Shown: piece by piece, positions 36,350 to 49,360 of the stretch | How the letters are laid out: the number at the start of each line of letters is the position of its first letter | Numbering within the stretch: the stretch's first letter is position 1 | NCBI RefSeq assembly: GCF_035594765.1 | Contig: NW_026943821.1 | Coordinates: 14,229,608 to 14,293,607, forward strand | DNA from: Anolis carolinensis | Taxonomy: Eukaryota | Direction of reading: 5' to 3' | Length of the DNA stretch: 64,000 nucleotides | Notes under the pieces: model-generated | What the model saw: the letters and a program-made list of their open reading frames with translations, nothing else | The model's database searches: none | What the model was told of the DNA's origin: nothing | Program-made: the position numbers and the translations under genes

Positions 36350-38050
36350 TCTCTCCAAATCTGAGCGATCTATGGAAGGACTGGACTGGATTTCTTCCCA
36401 AGGATTCCTTTTTTAATGTTGGTGTGACCCTGAAGACTTTACTGGTGAAATAAGAGAATCCACTATTCCCATAGTAACTCCAGTATTCTGGAATCCCTTG
36501 GGATTCTTGCCCATGTGTTTTCCATTTTCCATGCAAAGCAGCTTTATACAAATGTCCATACAAAGCACTCATTTTCAAATTGATAAATCAATAGATTATT
36601 AATGCACTAGAGCCTCCGTTATTAGGAGCCATATATATGACACATTTACTAGGAATCTCATTAACTCAGTAAAGATAATTTCTATGTAAACTGACTTAGG
36701 TCTGGGTCAAATGGTGGCATTTCAAATTCTGAGATAAAATTACAATTTGCTTAATTAAATTTCCAAATCCTGCATTAAAGTATCTTTATTAGACCAACTC
36801 AGAGAATATAAAGACATGAACATTTCCAATAGCTCCAGATTGGTTCATCCCACAAATTGTACATTTTGAATAAGGACACATAAAAACATCTCTGAATATT
36901 GAAATGGCATGAAAAAATTAGTAACCTACAGGAAACAGGCACAGGCCTATCCCAATCACAGATTATTAAATTATCTTAACACATATACTTATTATATGTA
37001 ATATTTTGACTGCCGTTATTTTGATTTTGAAAGAATTTAAAGGAGGAGAAACAGGAATTCTTTAATTAAAGACACAGTAGTCAATCAAAATACTTGATCA
37101 TAGGTCAGGCTGTCTGCAGTTTCTGGGAGCTGAAGTCGACCAACATCTGAGGACCCAAGCTGGAAACTGATACATATTTCAGAACAGAATGGAATGCATC
37201 TATTGTTTATGAACTTGGAAAAAGTTGAGGCCATAGTCGACAAACCAATACAAATGAAAACGAGGCAGCTGGAAAACTACTGCTGTGTAGAAGACATTGC
37301 AGGTGGTTTGGGAATGGATCAGAAACAACAGATAAGGAGGGATTTCATTGGCATGGAGGAAAATACCCTGGGCCAGTGTATTTTGGGCCAGTGACAGCCA
37401 CTAACAATAACAATAATAACAATAATAACTGAATTTCCAGTAATTATCATTGTTTAGCTTCTAAATCGCTGTTGATATTGTTTTATGTTGTTTTATGTGG
37501 CTATAATTTAATTTTACTGTTTTATGTTTTAATCGATATTGTTTGGGCTTGTCCCCATGTGAGCTGCACCGAGTCTCTTCGGGGAGATGGAGGCGGGATA
37601 CAAAAATAAAGTTGTTGTTGGTATTATTATTATTTGAAACACAACAAGATGAGTTCACAGCAGATACTCTGCTGGCCATTGCATTGGATCACACGTCAGA
37701 CACTTCCCAAGTGTCTAGGACTGTGTGATGTATCGGCAAATTATTATTATTATTATTGAGGTGATGAATCTCACAATTGAATGAGCTGTCCAAAGTGCTC
37801 AATTCTCTTTCAGAAGATAGTAGAAATACATAGTTTTGGTGCCTTAGGACTTGTCTATACACAAGCACAAAAAAACCCAAAGTGGACCAAAGATCATGTC
37901 TTTATGACATCCAGAGACTTCTGGTCCTTAACACAGGGGTAAAGTGGGGTGAATACTCCAAAGTTTTCTTGAGACAAATTGCTATGGATGCCAGTGATTT
38001 GCACTGTGGCTTCACTGCACAGTTGCCATTGTATTTTGGGGTCCAAGCGT

Positions 38051-38109
38051 TCAAAGATTGTTGTAGCCGGAACGTGAAGAGCACAGCTGGACAACAAGGC
38101 TGAATATAC
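38051..38109 (-). CDS. NKG7: NKG7 last coding exon (59 nt)
   Basis: CAG|GIFSLVVQLCSSRSGYNNL*. Confidence 0.9.
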
Positions 38110-41100
38110 CTGCAAGGAAAGAGGACGAGAGAGATGGAAGAAGGGTGAGCTCAAACAGCTATTGCTGTGGCATCTGAGAGACGATAGACATGGGAGCATA
38201 CAGGCAAAATACTATTGTGCCTTGATCCCAGCAGCTGCTTAGAGACCCTCTCTCTGTACCACTTGCCTCTGATGTGGCTTCTAAAGGAGAGAAGAGCAGC
38301 CAGACATAGTGTCATTGTGCTTTGCCCCCAATTAGAGGTCCTTCCTCCGTATCTGTTGGCATCAAAGTGACTTCTCAAGGAGATAAAAGCAACCAGCACT
38401 TGCTGGATTTAATCCCTTCCCATACCTTTTTCCTTTTTGTTTTTTGCTTTTGGTGTCTTTTGAGATGGTAAATCTAAGGAATTGCCAATATAACATTTTT
38501 TCTGCCACCGTGGGAGATCTTTTGGCTGAAGGGCAAGCTATAAATTGTTTAAATATGTAAATACCCTACCCAACCCATATCAAACTAGTGGTTTTAGCTT
38601 TTGTCAGCTTTCCTTCAGTAGACTCACCAGCCAGCAGTAGCATGGGAAATGCTCCCCAGGCAAGGTAGAAAGACCATTCGAAAGTGAGCTGGATTTGGGG
38701 GTTCTCATTCTTGCCCCAGGACTCAGCAGTGAATACAGCAACAGCTATGAGAGTGAAGAGTCCTATAAAGCAATAGAAAGGATGTTTGTGGAGCTGACAT
38801 AATTCTGATTCTTTCCATCATTTTTGCAGAGCCTGGAAAAAATAGTTGCTTGGAAATAATATGTTACACAGCAAAAACAAAGTGGCATTGAAGAAGACAT
38901 ATAATGAGTTGGAATGGGTTACCTCTCGTTTTGGGGTTCAACAAGGAACTCTTTCCAGTTACTTTCTAGTTATTTTTGAAATGGCATTACAATGCATTTT
39001 GAATTGATTTGTGGGAGTTTTGTTCATGGGGGTTTCCCTTTGCCTTCCTCTGAAGCCAAGAGCAGTAGAAAACAAGCCTCTCTTCCTTATGACATGCTTT
39101 CAAATATTTATACATGGCTATCATGTTTCCCGGGCCCCCCAGTGGCACAGTGGGTTAAACCCTTGTGCTGGCAGGATTGCTGACAGAAAGGTTGGTGGTT
39201 TGAATCTGGGGAGTGGTGAGAGCTCCCATCTGGAAGCTCCAGCTTCCCATGCGGGGACATGAAAGAAGCCTCCCACAGGATGGTAAAACATCCGGGCGTC
39301 CCCTGGGCAACATCCTTATAGACGGCCAATTCTTTCAAGTCGCTCCTGACATGAAAACAAAATCATGTTTCCTCTCAGCCTTCCCTTTAAGTTCTCCTCA
39401 GAGGGATTCTTGGTCTCCAGACCTTTGATGATTTTAGTTGCCCTCTTCTAAACATGTTCCAGCTTCTCAATGTCTCTTTTAAATTGTGGTAGATTATGCT
39501 GAATCTATTCACTTCATAGGATTTTTCTAGGCAAAGAATACCAGTCCCTTTGTTGGACACATAGCCCCCACAGTTGGCCACCTCTGTTTACATAGAAATG
39601 CAAGGTGATTCACCCACATCAACTACTGTCACAACAACCCCGAGAAGTAGGATGAGGCCAGTAAGCAGCCAAAAAAGGAGACTTGGTAACCATTCAAACA
39701 GAGGGCTGTCCTCCAGACTGTAGGAGACATGGGTTCTCAACTCCCTTCCCTCCACCGTAACACGTCAAGACCTCTCCTCTTGGTTGGATACACCTACCAG
39801 CTGTGAAGGCAGCCACCAAAGCAAAGAAGGGCTTGTCCAAAATACCACAATCACAGGGTGCAAAGAAGGCAATGTGAGCGATGATCGCAGCTAGGGACAT
39901 CAGACATGCCATGATCAAGAATGCCCGTGTGGCTACAATGTAGTCTGTAAATGAGATAACGGGCATAAAGTCAATGAGAGACTTGTTTAATGACAGTACA
40001 TACAAATGGGCAGCAGCAACAGCAGGGAAGAGGTAGGCCTACAAAGAGATGCTAGAGGGTACTTTTCACAAAGGACACCCCCCCCCCCCAAACCTAGGTC
40101 TATCACTGTACTGTACAACCTTTGAATGTGAAACAATGCATAATGTTAAATCCTTTTTTTTATTAATTTTTATTAGTAAAAGTGAAAAACAAAAAATAGA
40201 TTAACATGTATCCATATACAGCCGCAGAAGAAAAGGGAAGAAAAGAAGTAAAAAAAAAAAATACAGACAGGTATAACAATTTGCACTGTAGTGTCGCTGA
40301 ACTAATGGATGAACACAGATTTGCTATACCATTGTTGTACCTTAACTTATCCTTGTTCCCCTTGCCCCTCACCCGTGAACCCGACCCCCTAGACCTCCAA
40401 TACCCCTCAGTAAGTATCACGTAACTGACCGTCAACTACCCCTGTATCTTCTTTCGCTAAATCCCCTTTATGGCTGTTATCAAATATACCTTTGTCTTCT
40501 TTTCCAAATACCCAAGTGCCAGCCTCCATTTATTTGCAAACTCCTCATTATTTCCTCCTCTGTTACTATTTGTCAGCTTGGCCATTTGGATATATCCCCC
40601 CAGTTTATCTCTCCAGTCTCTAATACTTAGCTCTTCTTCCCCCTTCCATGTTTTTGCGATTAATAGTCTTGCCGCAACAAAACAATATTGGCAAATTTCT
40701 TCATCTCCTGCGCTAATACGCCTTCTAAATAAACCTAATAAGCATGTCTCGGGGTTCTTCTTGACCTTATTGGTAATCATATTATTTGTTTCTTTCACCA
40801 CTTTTATCCAGAATTCTTGAACTATATTACAGGTCCACCATAAGTAGAAAAATGTTCATTTTACTTTCTTGCATCTCCAACAGGCCCCTCTTTCTGATTT
40901 CTCTATTTTCGCCAGAAGCTCTGGAGTTATGTATGTTCTATAGAACATTTTAAACATATTCTCTCTAATTGAGCCGGCCAGAGAGAATTTAAACCCCTTT
41001 TTCCAGAGATATTCCCATTCTTCCAGGTCTATGTTTCTACCAAAGTCTCTGGCCCAAGAGATCATAACGGTTTTTATTTGGTTGTCTGCAAGGTTGTAGT

Positions 41101-42449
41101 CTAGAATAAATTTATAAAGCCTTGAGAGTAAGCCTTTGTTGCCTCTGTCTAAGATACATTCTAACTCGGATTTTTTGGATGCAAATCCCGCCGCCGCATC
41201 CTTTCTAAATCTATCATGCAGTTGGTAAAAACTGAACCAGTCTTTTAACCCTAATTCTTCTCTGCCCTTAAGTACCCATTGCCCTCTTTCTTTAACTAAA
41301 TATTCCTCATAAGTTCCTATTTCATTACATGTAGCTGGTCTCAAGACTGCTTCAAGTGGGCGCAGCCACAGAGGGGTTTTGGGCTCTATCCCCTTCTTGT
41401 ATCTTTTCCACGTTGTTAAGAGACTGGATCTTATAATATGCCTTTTAAATTCTTTATTCACCTTGTCCTTTTCATCCCATAGATAAGCATGCCAGCCATA
41501 TCTTAAATTGTGTCCCTCTAAATTAAGTAATTTTTTGTTGTCCAATTTAATCCAGTCCGTTAGCCAGCTAAAGTTAGCAGCTTCATAGTAGTATCTGAGA
41601 TCTGGGAGTGCCAGGCCCCCTCTGTCCTTCACGTCAATGTTAAATCCTTTTGAAATGAAGAACTTCTGGCTAAAGGACTTCGAAAATGCCTAGAGATTAT
41701 TGATAAATGAAACTGTGGATATGGGTTCTATAGCTACTGTACTCAGATACCTTTCCCAAGTAAGATTAAGTATATAGTGGCTCAACTTTCTACGAGGGTT
41801 GAATGAAAAGTAATGCTTCCACCTTTGTAACTCCTCAACAGATGGCAGTACTGGTATGTGGCAGGTACTGGCTTCTTCAGTAGGCTCTCCTCTACAGTTC
41901 CATTGGGTGGGAAGCCTTAGCATTGAACGGTTGTGTTGTTAAATTGTGAAGTATGGAACCCTGCACAGATGGTCGGTCAATGCAACTTAAGCAATGTGCA
42001 GTCATTGAATTCTTGACAGAATACCAGTACTGCCACATACCAGTACTGCCATCTGTTGAGGAGTTATGAAGGTGGAGGCATTACTTTTCATTCCACCCTC
42101 TTAAATAGAGAGTCAGATTTTTTTCAAGTCAAAGCTAGTATATATACATAGACTACTTAAAAAAAAAAAAAGGATTAGTGACTAGAGAGGGAAGGGAGAC
42201 CATTTACATGATTCTGCTCAATCTGTCCTGGGAATCTTTGATAACGTCTAGAATCTCGTCCCTCATTTTCTTACCAAAAGTCACCTCTGGAACAAAGCAG
42301 TTTCCATCTCTGCACCATTTCCAGAGCCCGCTGTGCACAATATCATTTGTACCATAAGCCACTAGCCAGTAATCCGTGATCAATGCCATCAGCAGGAGGA
42401 CCAAGCTAGTGGCTGTCAGCACCATGCTGAAGACTCTGCAAGCCAACAT
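38051..42449 (-). CDS. NKG7: Natural killer cell granule protein 7: 42449-42275, 39944-39798, 38762-38628, 38109-38051 (516 nt, 171 aa)
   Basis: MLACRVF...TDYW...HSGLW; AVFTAESWGKNENPQIQLTFEWSFYLAW resembles the mammalian NKG7 segment PQIQTFFSWSFYLGW as I recall it; C-terminal GYNNL parallels GYETL; syntenic position next to CLDND2-like and ETFB. Confidence 0.9.
38628..38762 (-). CDS. NKG7: NKG7 coding exon 3 (135 nt)
   Basis: TAG|GLFTLIAVAVFTAESWGKNENPQIQLTFEWSFYLAWGAFPMLLLAG|GTGAGT. Confidence 0.92.
39798..39944 (-). CDS. NKG7: NKG7 coding exon 2 (147 nt)
   Basis: CAG|DYIVATRAFLIMAC...LVAAFTAG|GTAGGT. Confidence 0.9.
40158..41635 (-). mobile_element. 5'-truncated L1-clade LINE (ORF2 C-terminus, 3' UTR, poly-A)
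   Basis: GGLALPDLRYYYEAA; CWRC zinc-knuckle region broken by a frameshift near 40860; 16-bp TSD AATGTTAAATCCTTTT (40142-40157 and 41636-41651) ending at a TTTT/GA endonuclease-type site. Confidence 0.92.
41793..42101. mobile_element. Non-autonomous mariner-like element
   Basis: TIRs CGAGGGTTGAATGAAAAGTAATGC / GCATTACTTTTCATTCCACCCTC, TA flanks. Confidence 0.8.
42275..42449 (-). CDS. NKG7: NKG7 coding exon 1 (175 nt)
   Basis: Acceptor TTCAAG|G-ATG; MLACRVFS...FVPEVTF; donor G|GTAAGA. Confidence 0.9.
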
Positions 42450-43774
42450 CCTTGAAAAGGTCAAGATGAGTGTCTCAACTGTCTTTGGGATGAGTTCTGG
42501 CCTGGAACAATATGAGAAAAATGCCATGAGAATGGGATTTAACACCTGGGTGGAAAGTCCAAAATGTAAAATGAAAGCAAAGAGAAGAATCAATAAGTAA
42601 ATGTAGGGTTTATTTTATAAGTGGATATGTACAACCAAATCTCCTTCACATTCAGAAAGGGAATGATTTGGAGTTATATTTATTACTAGGGAGCAAAATT
42701 GTCCAGCTTCACTGGGATAATTTGTGGGACTCCCTAAAATATATTGCATGTACATCAAGTAGCCTATATTTTAAATTAGATCATTCCCAACATGCCCTCC
42801 AAATTTGGTGCTAATAAGTGTAACTGCCTTTAAAGAAATTAGCAGGATTTCCCCCAGGAATTGCCTTAAAGTTCATATATACCACAAAAGTCTTGTATAA
42901 ATCTATTGATGCATTGTTATTTTTAAGGAAAATTGAAGGATGTCTCATGATTCTTTACATTTTCCACAGTGCCCCAGGGCATTACAGTGCCTGCTGCTAC
43001 GAAAAGGTAAGTATGTGATGGAAACAGTTCAGAAGCTGCAGCAGAAGAGAAGAGCCAAGAGATTATGGTCTCTCCCAACCTGAAACAGCCCAGCCTGAGC
43101 TTCCCCACAGAAGAGTCTAAAAATGACTGGAAGGGTGAGATACAAATATAATATCTGTTTTGACTTGTTCTGTAGAGTTGAACGTGACGTTTGTAGCAGC
43201 CTTTGCCGAGTCAACCTCATTCTCCATTTCAAGCCACTTCCTCGAGACTTTTCACACCTCTGAGATCTCACTAAGATCCTGTGAATGACTTATTTATGTG
43301 TGCCTTAAGATTGCTTATGTGCATGCAGCTATCCTTTCCAGCTTTGCAAAATACCTCTCCCTTGCCTGAAAGCTTGCTAAGTAAGTGTGTAGCATGTCCA
43401 GTTGCAGCCATGAGAAAAGAGTTGTCATTTTCTTTCTGGATTCCAATATACTTCCTAGAAATCCAGAAGGAGAATGTTTGCTGTTTCCTTTCAGGCTGCC
43501 TACACTTGTGTGCCATATAAAATTTTTGCAGACAATTTTATCTCAATATAATACATTTTTGACATTATTTTCACTAACTAATGCATTGGTGCATAGCCCT
43601 TTCGTTCATCCATTCATCCATTTTTTATTTTTGTTTGCTTGCAAAAATCCAACTGTAACATTTCCAGAATGGTAACTTAGGGAAGATACGTGCATTTTAG
43701 TTTTGGTATTAGCTGGAAATTCAGGTGAGTTTGCATTACAATGCAAACTAAATTAATCTTGCCCCCACCTTTCG

Positions 43775-44670
43775 AAAAAGATGACTAAAGAAACGAATAA
43801 AATGATTTCTAAAAAGGTTAAGAAAACCCCAAAAATGTGCCTATTGTGTTTGTTTCAGGAGAGAACCAATAAAGATGTAGAAATTTGCCAATATAGTTTT
43901 GTGGCAGCGAGAATTACAATAGCAAAATTTTGGAATGGGGGAAAAGTACTCATTAAGGATTGGAGAAGAATATTAATCTAATTTATCCAAATGGCCAGAC
44001 TCTCCAAAGGCATAAGGGGAGGAAACAAGAAAAGTTTGCTAGAAAATGGAGACTTGTATTTGGGTATTTTAAAAAGAAGACAAAAATAGATTTTGAAAGA
44101 GCCGCACGGGGAATCTACCCTGTTTCCCCTAAAATAAGACATCCCCTGAAAATAAGACCTAGTAGAGGTTTTGCTGAATTGCTAAATATAAGGCCTCCCC
44201 CGAAAGTAAGACCTAGCAAAGTTTTTGTTTGGAAGCATGCCCGCCGAACAGAACACCAGAGCATGCAGGATCGGTAAATGTATGTACCATAGAGTGTTGT
44301 ACATGGAAATATTGGTAGTAACAAGAAATTCTTGATAGGATTCACAGTTTGTCTGGTTATACTGGTTTATGATGACAACTACTGTACAGTATATAATAAA
44401 TGTTCATTTTTTTGTTCAACAATAAATGTGAATTCTTCTTCATGGAAAAATAAGACATCCCTTGAAAATAAGACCTAGAGCATCTTTGGGAGCAAAAATT
44501 AATATAAGACACTGTCTTATTTTCGGGGAAACACGGTATTAGTGTAATGATAAGGATAGATTTTTGTTAGATACTAGTTCTATTTGGAAGTCATGGGTGG
44601 GTGGGATTGGGGAAATAATATCTGTACTTTAATTGATGAATTTCGTTGATTGTATTCTATTTCACGTAAC
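43775..44670 (+). mobile_element. Older L1 3' fragment interrupted by a DNA transposon
   Basis: TKETNKMISKKVKKTPKMCLL...CQYSFVAARITIAK parallels the ORF at 40457-40801. Confidence 0.75.
44118..44536. mobile_element. Non-autonomous Tc1/mariner-superfamily (Tc2/pogo-like) element
   Basis: TIRs CCCTGTTTCCCCTAAAATAAGAC / GTCTTATTTTCGGGGAAACACGG with TA on both sides; a more diverged relative lies at about 13094-13550. Confidence 0.85.
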
Positions 44671-44943
44671 ACCAAACTACAATGACAAGTATGCTATAGC
44701 ATTGAACTGTAGCAGTTAAAGTGGTCAAACTGCATTAATTCTACAGTATAGGCTTCCTTTGCCTCATGTTAAGGCCAAGTAACCACTGAACATGAGGTCT
44801 ACAATTACAAAGATACAGGTAATACATATGGGGCGGGAGATAATATTAATAAAATTCATTAGTATCTTAAAATTCTCTCTTTCAAAATCCCATTTTTCTT
44901 TTACTTAAGCATTTGTGAGCCCTGAAGGTATTGCCATCCTTAC

Positions 44944-45300
44944 CTGAATTTTCTTGCAGAAAGGCTACTTTGGAAAGATGCTGCCCCTGAGAACCAAAGT
45001 GTGTGATGTTTGCTGCTGGTCTGAGGTTTACTGGCCCAGAGCAGTTGGTTTCAAAGAACTGAGGCAGGAAGAGCTACTAAAACCAAGCTTCTCTCTCTCT
45101 TTCTCTGGGCTATGTGTTATCTCTCATCTTTAATCTGTCTCAGCTCAATGTGCAAATCCCCCCTTCGCTACTTCCCCCCTTCACCCTCCTGTCATCTCAC
45201 ACTTTTCTTGTTGTTCTGCCGCAGCACTTTTAACACTCATTGTTCCACTACCCTGGTCACGTAGGTGTGATTTTTGTGAGGAAGAGCTGTTTCCCACCAA
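44944..45300 (-). promoter_or_regulatory. Probable NKG7 non-coding first exon and promoter
   Basis: Strong donor CAG|GTAAGG at 44944/44943 in unique sequence, matching the acceptor just before the NKG7 ATG; upstream T-box (AGGTGTGA 45263-45270) and ETS-like (GAGGAAG 45278-45284) motifs. Start site not determinable. Confidence 0.5.
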
Positions 45301-46371
45301 AGACTTCTTATTTCCATACTTCTGGCTGCATGTGTCCTCAAGTCATCTATACATTTATGATGACCCCCTGAATTTCTTAGGCAAGGAATACTCAGCGGTG
45401 GCTTTGCTAGTTCGTTCCTATGGCATTCCTTGGCAGTCTCTTGTTCAAAGACTAAACAGAGCTAACCTTGTTTAGCTTCCAAGGTCAGGTGGGATCTGGT
45501 GCTTTGAGGGCATTAGCTATGTTATTTTTCCCCCACTAAATCAATCTTGCCCTTTTGTTTCCAATTTCAGCCTTTTATTATAGTGAACAGGACAATGAGG
45601 CTGAAAGAGGGATACGTACAATATTTAAAATTCATTGCTCACTCAATCTTCCTAAAATCAACCCTGAGAAATCCAGATTTAATATCAAAAAACCACAGCA
45701 CTAAACTATTTCCAAGAACAACATAAACTTTATGTTATAAAAGATCCTGCTGACTGGAAGGATAGCGGTTCAAGCCCAGGTCGGGATGAGCTTTCGTGAC
45801 CCCCAGGTTGAGAAACGCTGTCTTATCAGTTCATCTTTATTAAGTGCATTTCTATGGTGTGCAAAGGCACTGTGCTGTGTGTGTGTGTTAACTGGAAAAT
45901 GAAGTGCATGAAGATGATTGACTGAGCCTGCAAAGACCTGGGGATTGATTTCGATACTGTTTCTGTTCTGCTGCTGCAGAACCAGTTTGGACAAGTTTTC
46001 AGTCCTGACTGAGTACTGCTAGTGAAGAGAGCATTCTACTCAGAGAGGCCTTGCTTTTTTGAGGCCTGTTTGCTGCTGAGAAAGGAGGGAGAAGAACCAG
46101 GACAGTATTCTTCTCTGAAGCAGATTTGTGGACTGAGAAAGGACTGTTTGTGACCGTGGACTTCTGTAAGTGACCAGAGGGACCATTGTAAATACTACTT
46201 TTTTTATCGCTTGGAATTGGTAAAGTTCGTGTATTTTTTGTTCTGCAGAGTAGCATGTTATTGTTCTGCAGGTGACTCTAGATCACAGACACAAGTAAGA
46301 GCTTCCATTTATCATCATCAATCCGTAACAGGCAGAACATCAAGAGCAGTCGAAACAGCAGTTTCGAAATA

Positions 46372-46679
46372 CAGTAGAGTCTCGCTTATCCAACGTTCTG
46401 GATTATCCAACGCATTTTTGTAGTCAATGTTTTCAATACATCGTGAAATTTTGGTGCTAAATTCATAAATACAGTAATTACTACATAGCATTACTGCGTA
46501 TTAAATTACTTTTTCTGTCAAATTTGTTGTATAACATGATGTTTTGGTGCTTAATTTGTAAAATCATAAACTAATTTGATGTTTAATAGGCTTTTCCTTA
46601 ATCCCTCCTTATTATCTAACATATTCGCTTATCCAACATTCTGCCGGCCCGTTTATGTTGGATAAGTGAGACTCTACTG
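46372..46679. mobile_element. Tigger/pogo-like MITE, same family
   Basis: Same TIRs, TA flanks. Confidence 0.88.
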
Positions 46680-47893
46680 TATTAGATCACGGTTTCACAA
46701 TCTGTAGAGCCCAACCTTATTGGCAGCCATAGCAGGCTCAACAAATAAAAAAGATAAGGGAGAACATGAAACGCCCTCATTATATTCAAGCATGTTAGAG
46801 GGATATCTCAGCAGAAACAAGGTGAAAAGAATTTCAGCACAGAGCTGGGTGGCTGGCCATGATAGTCCTTACCACAGCTCTTTTTCTCATCGCCACCCAC
46901 AGCAGTTTAACAACCTAACGTTGCTATTCATGGCTGCTTCCAACTGCCACAGTTCCAACTGTAGGCAGGAGCCATGGCCTGGTATCTCCTCTTTTCCTCT
47001 GGAAGTGGTGGCTTCAGAAAGAGTTAAACTTAAGTTAGAGGCTTGTGCTGGAACTGTATAAATCCCGGTTCTTTTTGTTAGGCTGGCTCACCCACAGCTT
47101 GAGAGTTGCCATTTTTTTTCTGTCAGTTTCATGAGATTGGAGTTTCAGAAAATCCTTCCTTTCAGTAAATTGGCCCGCCCCTTTGCCTGGGGAAAGGGAG
47201 CCATTTTGGATTAGAGTTAATACCACCAGGAAATCTTGGAAGCAAGGCGTGTTTGTAGTTGGTCTCAGCAAGAACCATGCTTGGGTAAGCCATTTCAATA
47301 CTAATATTCTGGGAACTCATTTGACTATACCAGCTTAAGCGGCTGAGGGGGAAAAGGAAGGGGCCTGAGGCGGTTAGGAATGGTGGGAGTTGGAGTCCAA
47401 AACACCCGCAGGGCCAAAGTTTGCCCATCCCTGGACTATACTGATCTACTACTGGTTAGTGGCAGCCTGTGGAGTTTCCAAGGCCTTCTTCAAGGTGCTA
47501 GGCCTCTATAAAAGAGGCCTGCTCTCTCAGCCTCGAGCCTAAGCATCTTAGGCATTGATTGCCCCAGAGGCGCCTATACCATCCACGACTGACAGCTGGA
47601 AAAATCAAGTTACCCTTCAAATTTTAGATATGGACTTCATTGTGGGGAAATCAAGTTAGTGCCTAGGTGGACATAGGCCTAAGATCAATTAATAAATCGT
47701 TTCCTGGAAGCAGTCGAATCTAAAGCCAGAATTGTGATAACTGGGTTGCTTTGAGTTTTTTGGGCCATATGGCCATGTTCCAAAAGCATTCTCGCCTGAT
47801 GTCTCACCCACATCTATGGCAGGCATGCAGCTACTGGAAATATTCTACAAAACTCACACATTATCCGTGGATTTTTTCACTATTTTATATATA

Positions 47894-48220
47894 CAGTAGA
47901 GTCTCACTTATCCAAGCTAAACGGGCCGGCAGAAGCTTGGATAAGCGAATATCTTGGATAATAAGGAGGGATCAAGGAAAAGCCTATTAAACATTAAATT
48001 AGGTTATGATTTTACAAATTAAGCACCAAAATATCATGTTATACAACAAATTTGACAGAAAAAGTAGTTCAATACGCAGTAATGTTATGTTGTAATTACT
48101 GTATTTACGAATTTAGCACCAAAACATTGCAATGTACTGAAAACATTGACTACAAAAACACTGACTACTAAAAGGCAGACTGCGTTGGATAATCCAGAAC
48201 ATTGGATAAGTGAGACTCTG

Positions 48221-48277
<57 letters not shown>

Positions 48278-48837
48278 GCCACATGACCTGGAGGTGTCTA
48301 CGGACAACGCCGGCTCTTCGGCTTAGAAATTGAGATGAGCACCAACCCCCAGAGTCAGACATGACTGGACTTAACGTTAGGGGAAACCTTTACCTACTTA
48401 GTCTTTTCCTTAATCCCTCCTTATTATCCAACATATTCACTTACCCAGTGTTCTGCTTGCCCGTTTATGTTGGATAAGTGAGACTCTACTGTGTGTATAT
48501 ATACATACATATATACAGTAGAGTCTCGCTTATCCAACATAAACTGGCCGGCAGAACGCTGGATAAGCGAAAATGTTGGATAATAAGGAGGGATTAAGGA
48601 AAAGCCTATTAAACATTAAATTAGGTTATGATTTTGCAAATTAAGCAGCAAAACATCATGTTTTACAACAAATCAACAGAAAAGGCAGTTCAACACACGG
48701 TAATATTATGTAGTAATTACTGTATTTACGAATTTAGCACCAAAACATTGCAATGTACTGAAAACATTGTCTACAAAAACACTGACTACTAAAAGGCAGA
48801 CTGCGTTAGATAATACAGAACATTGGATAAGTGAGAC

Positions 48838-48893
<56 letters not shown>
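47894..48893. mobile_element. Cluster: MITE 47894-48222, (TA)n, Sauria SINE 3' part 48275-48397, partial MITE to 48491, MITE 48516-48841, (TA)n
   Basis: Direct similarity to other copies in the window. Confidence 0.85.
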
Positions 48894-48895
<2 letters not shown>

Positions 48896-49192
48896 CCTCA
48901 GTCTAAGGTGTGATCCTGGCCCCCCTATAAATGTCTCTAAAAATGTGGTATGCCTTAGAATCTTGGGTGCGTTTCTACATATATGAAAGTCAATGTATGT
49001 ATGAATGTACCGGTATATTGGTTTGTACCCTCTATTCTGGGCCCCAAAGAGGTGGTTTTCTTTATTAACTCAAGCCCCTCAATTACTGTAAGCTAGATAA
49101 TGAAAAGTCTGTGAGACAAGGTTGGTTCTGATCCAACCTTGGCCATGTAAACTATGCACTCCTTACCTTCCTTCCCTCCTTCTTGTCCGCAG

Positions 49193-49360
49193 GATGAATT
49201 TGACATGCTGTGCCAGGTCTTCTACCCAAAGACGGACATCCTCCTGCTATGCTCCAGCATGGTAGTGCCCACCTCTTTCCAAAAAATTGTTGACAAGTGG
49301 TACCCTAAAATGTGGCGCCACTGCCCCTCCACCCCGGTGCTGCTGGTGGGCACCCAGTCC
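49193..49360 (+). pseudogene. Isolated, truncated RHOU/RHOV-like GTPase exon fragment
   Basis: DEFDMLCQVFYPKTDILLLCSSMVVPTSFQKIVDKWYPKMWRHCPSTPVLLVGTQS preceded by a pyrimidine tract and CAG; similarity ends at GTQS; no P-loop exon seen. Confidence 0.75.

Noticed and set aside
45733-46329. Possible solo LTR (TGTTA...TAACA)
   Set aside because: No target-site duplication or PBS found; cannot be supported without a repeat library.
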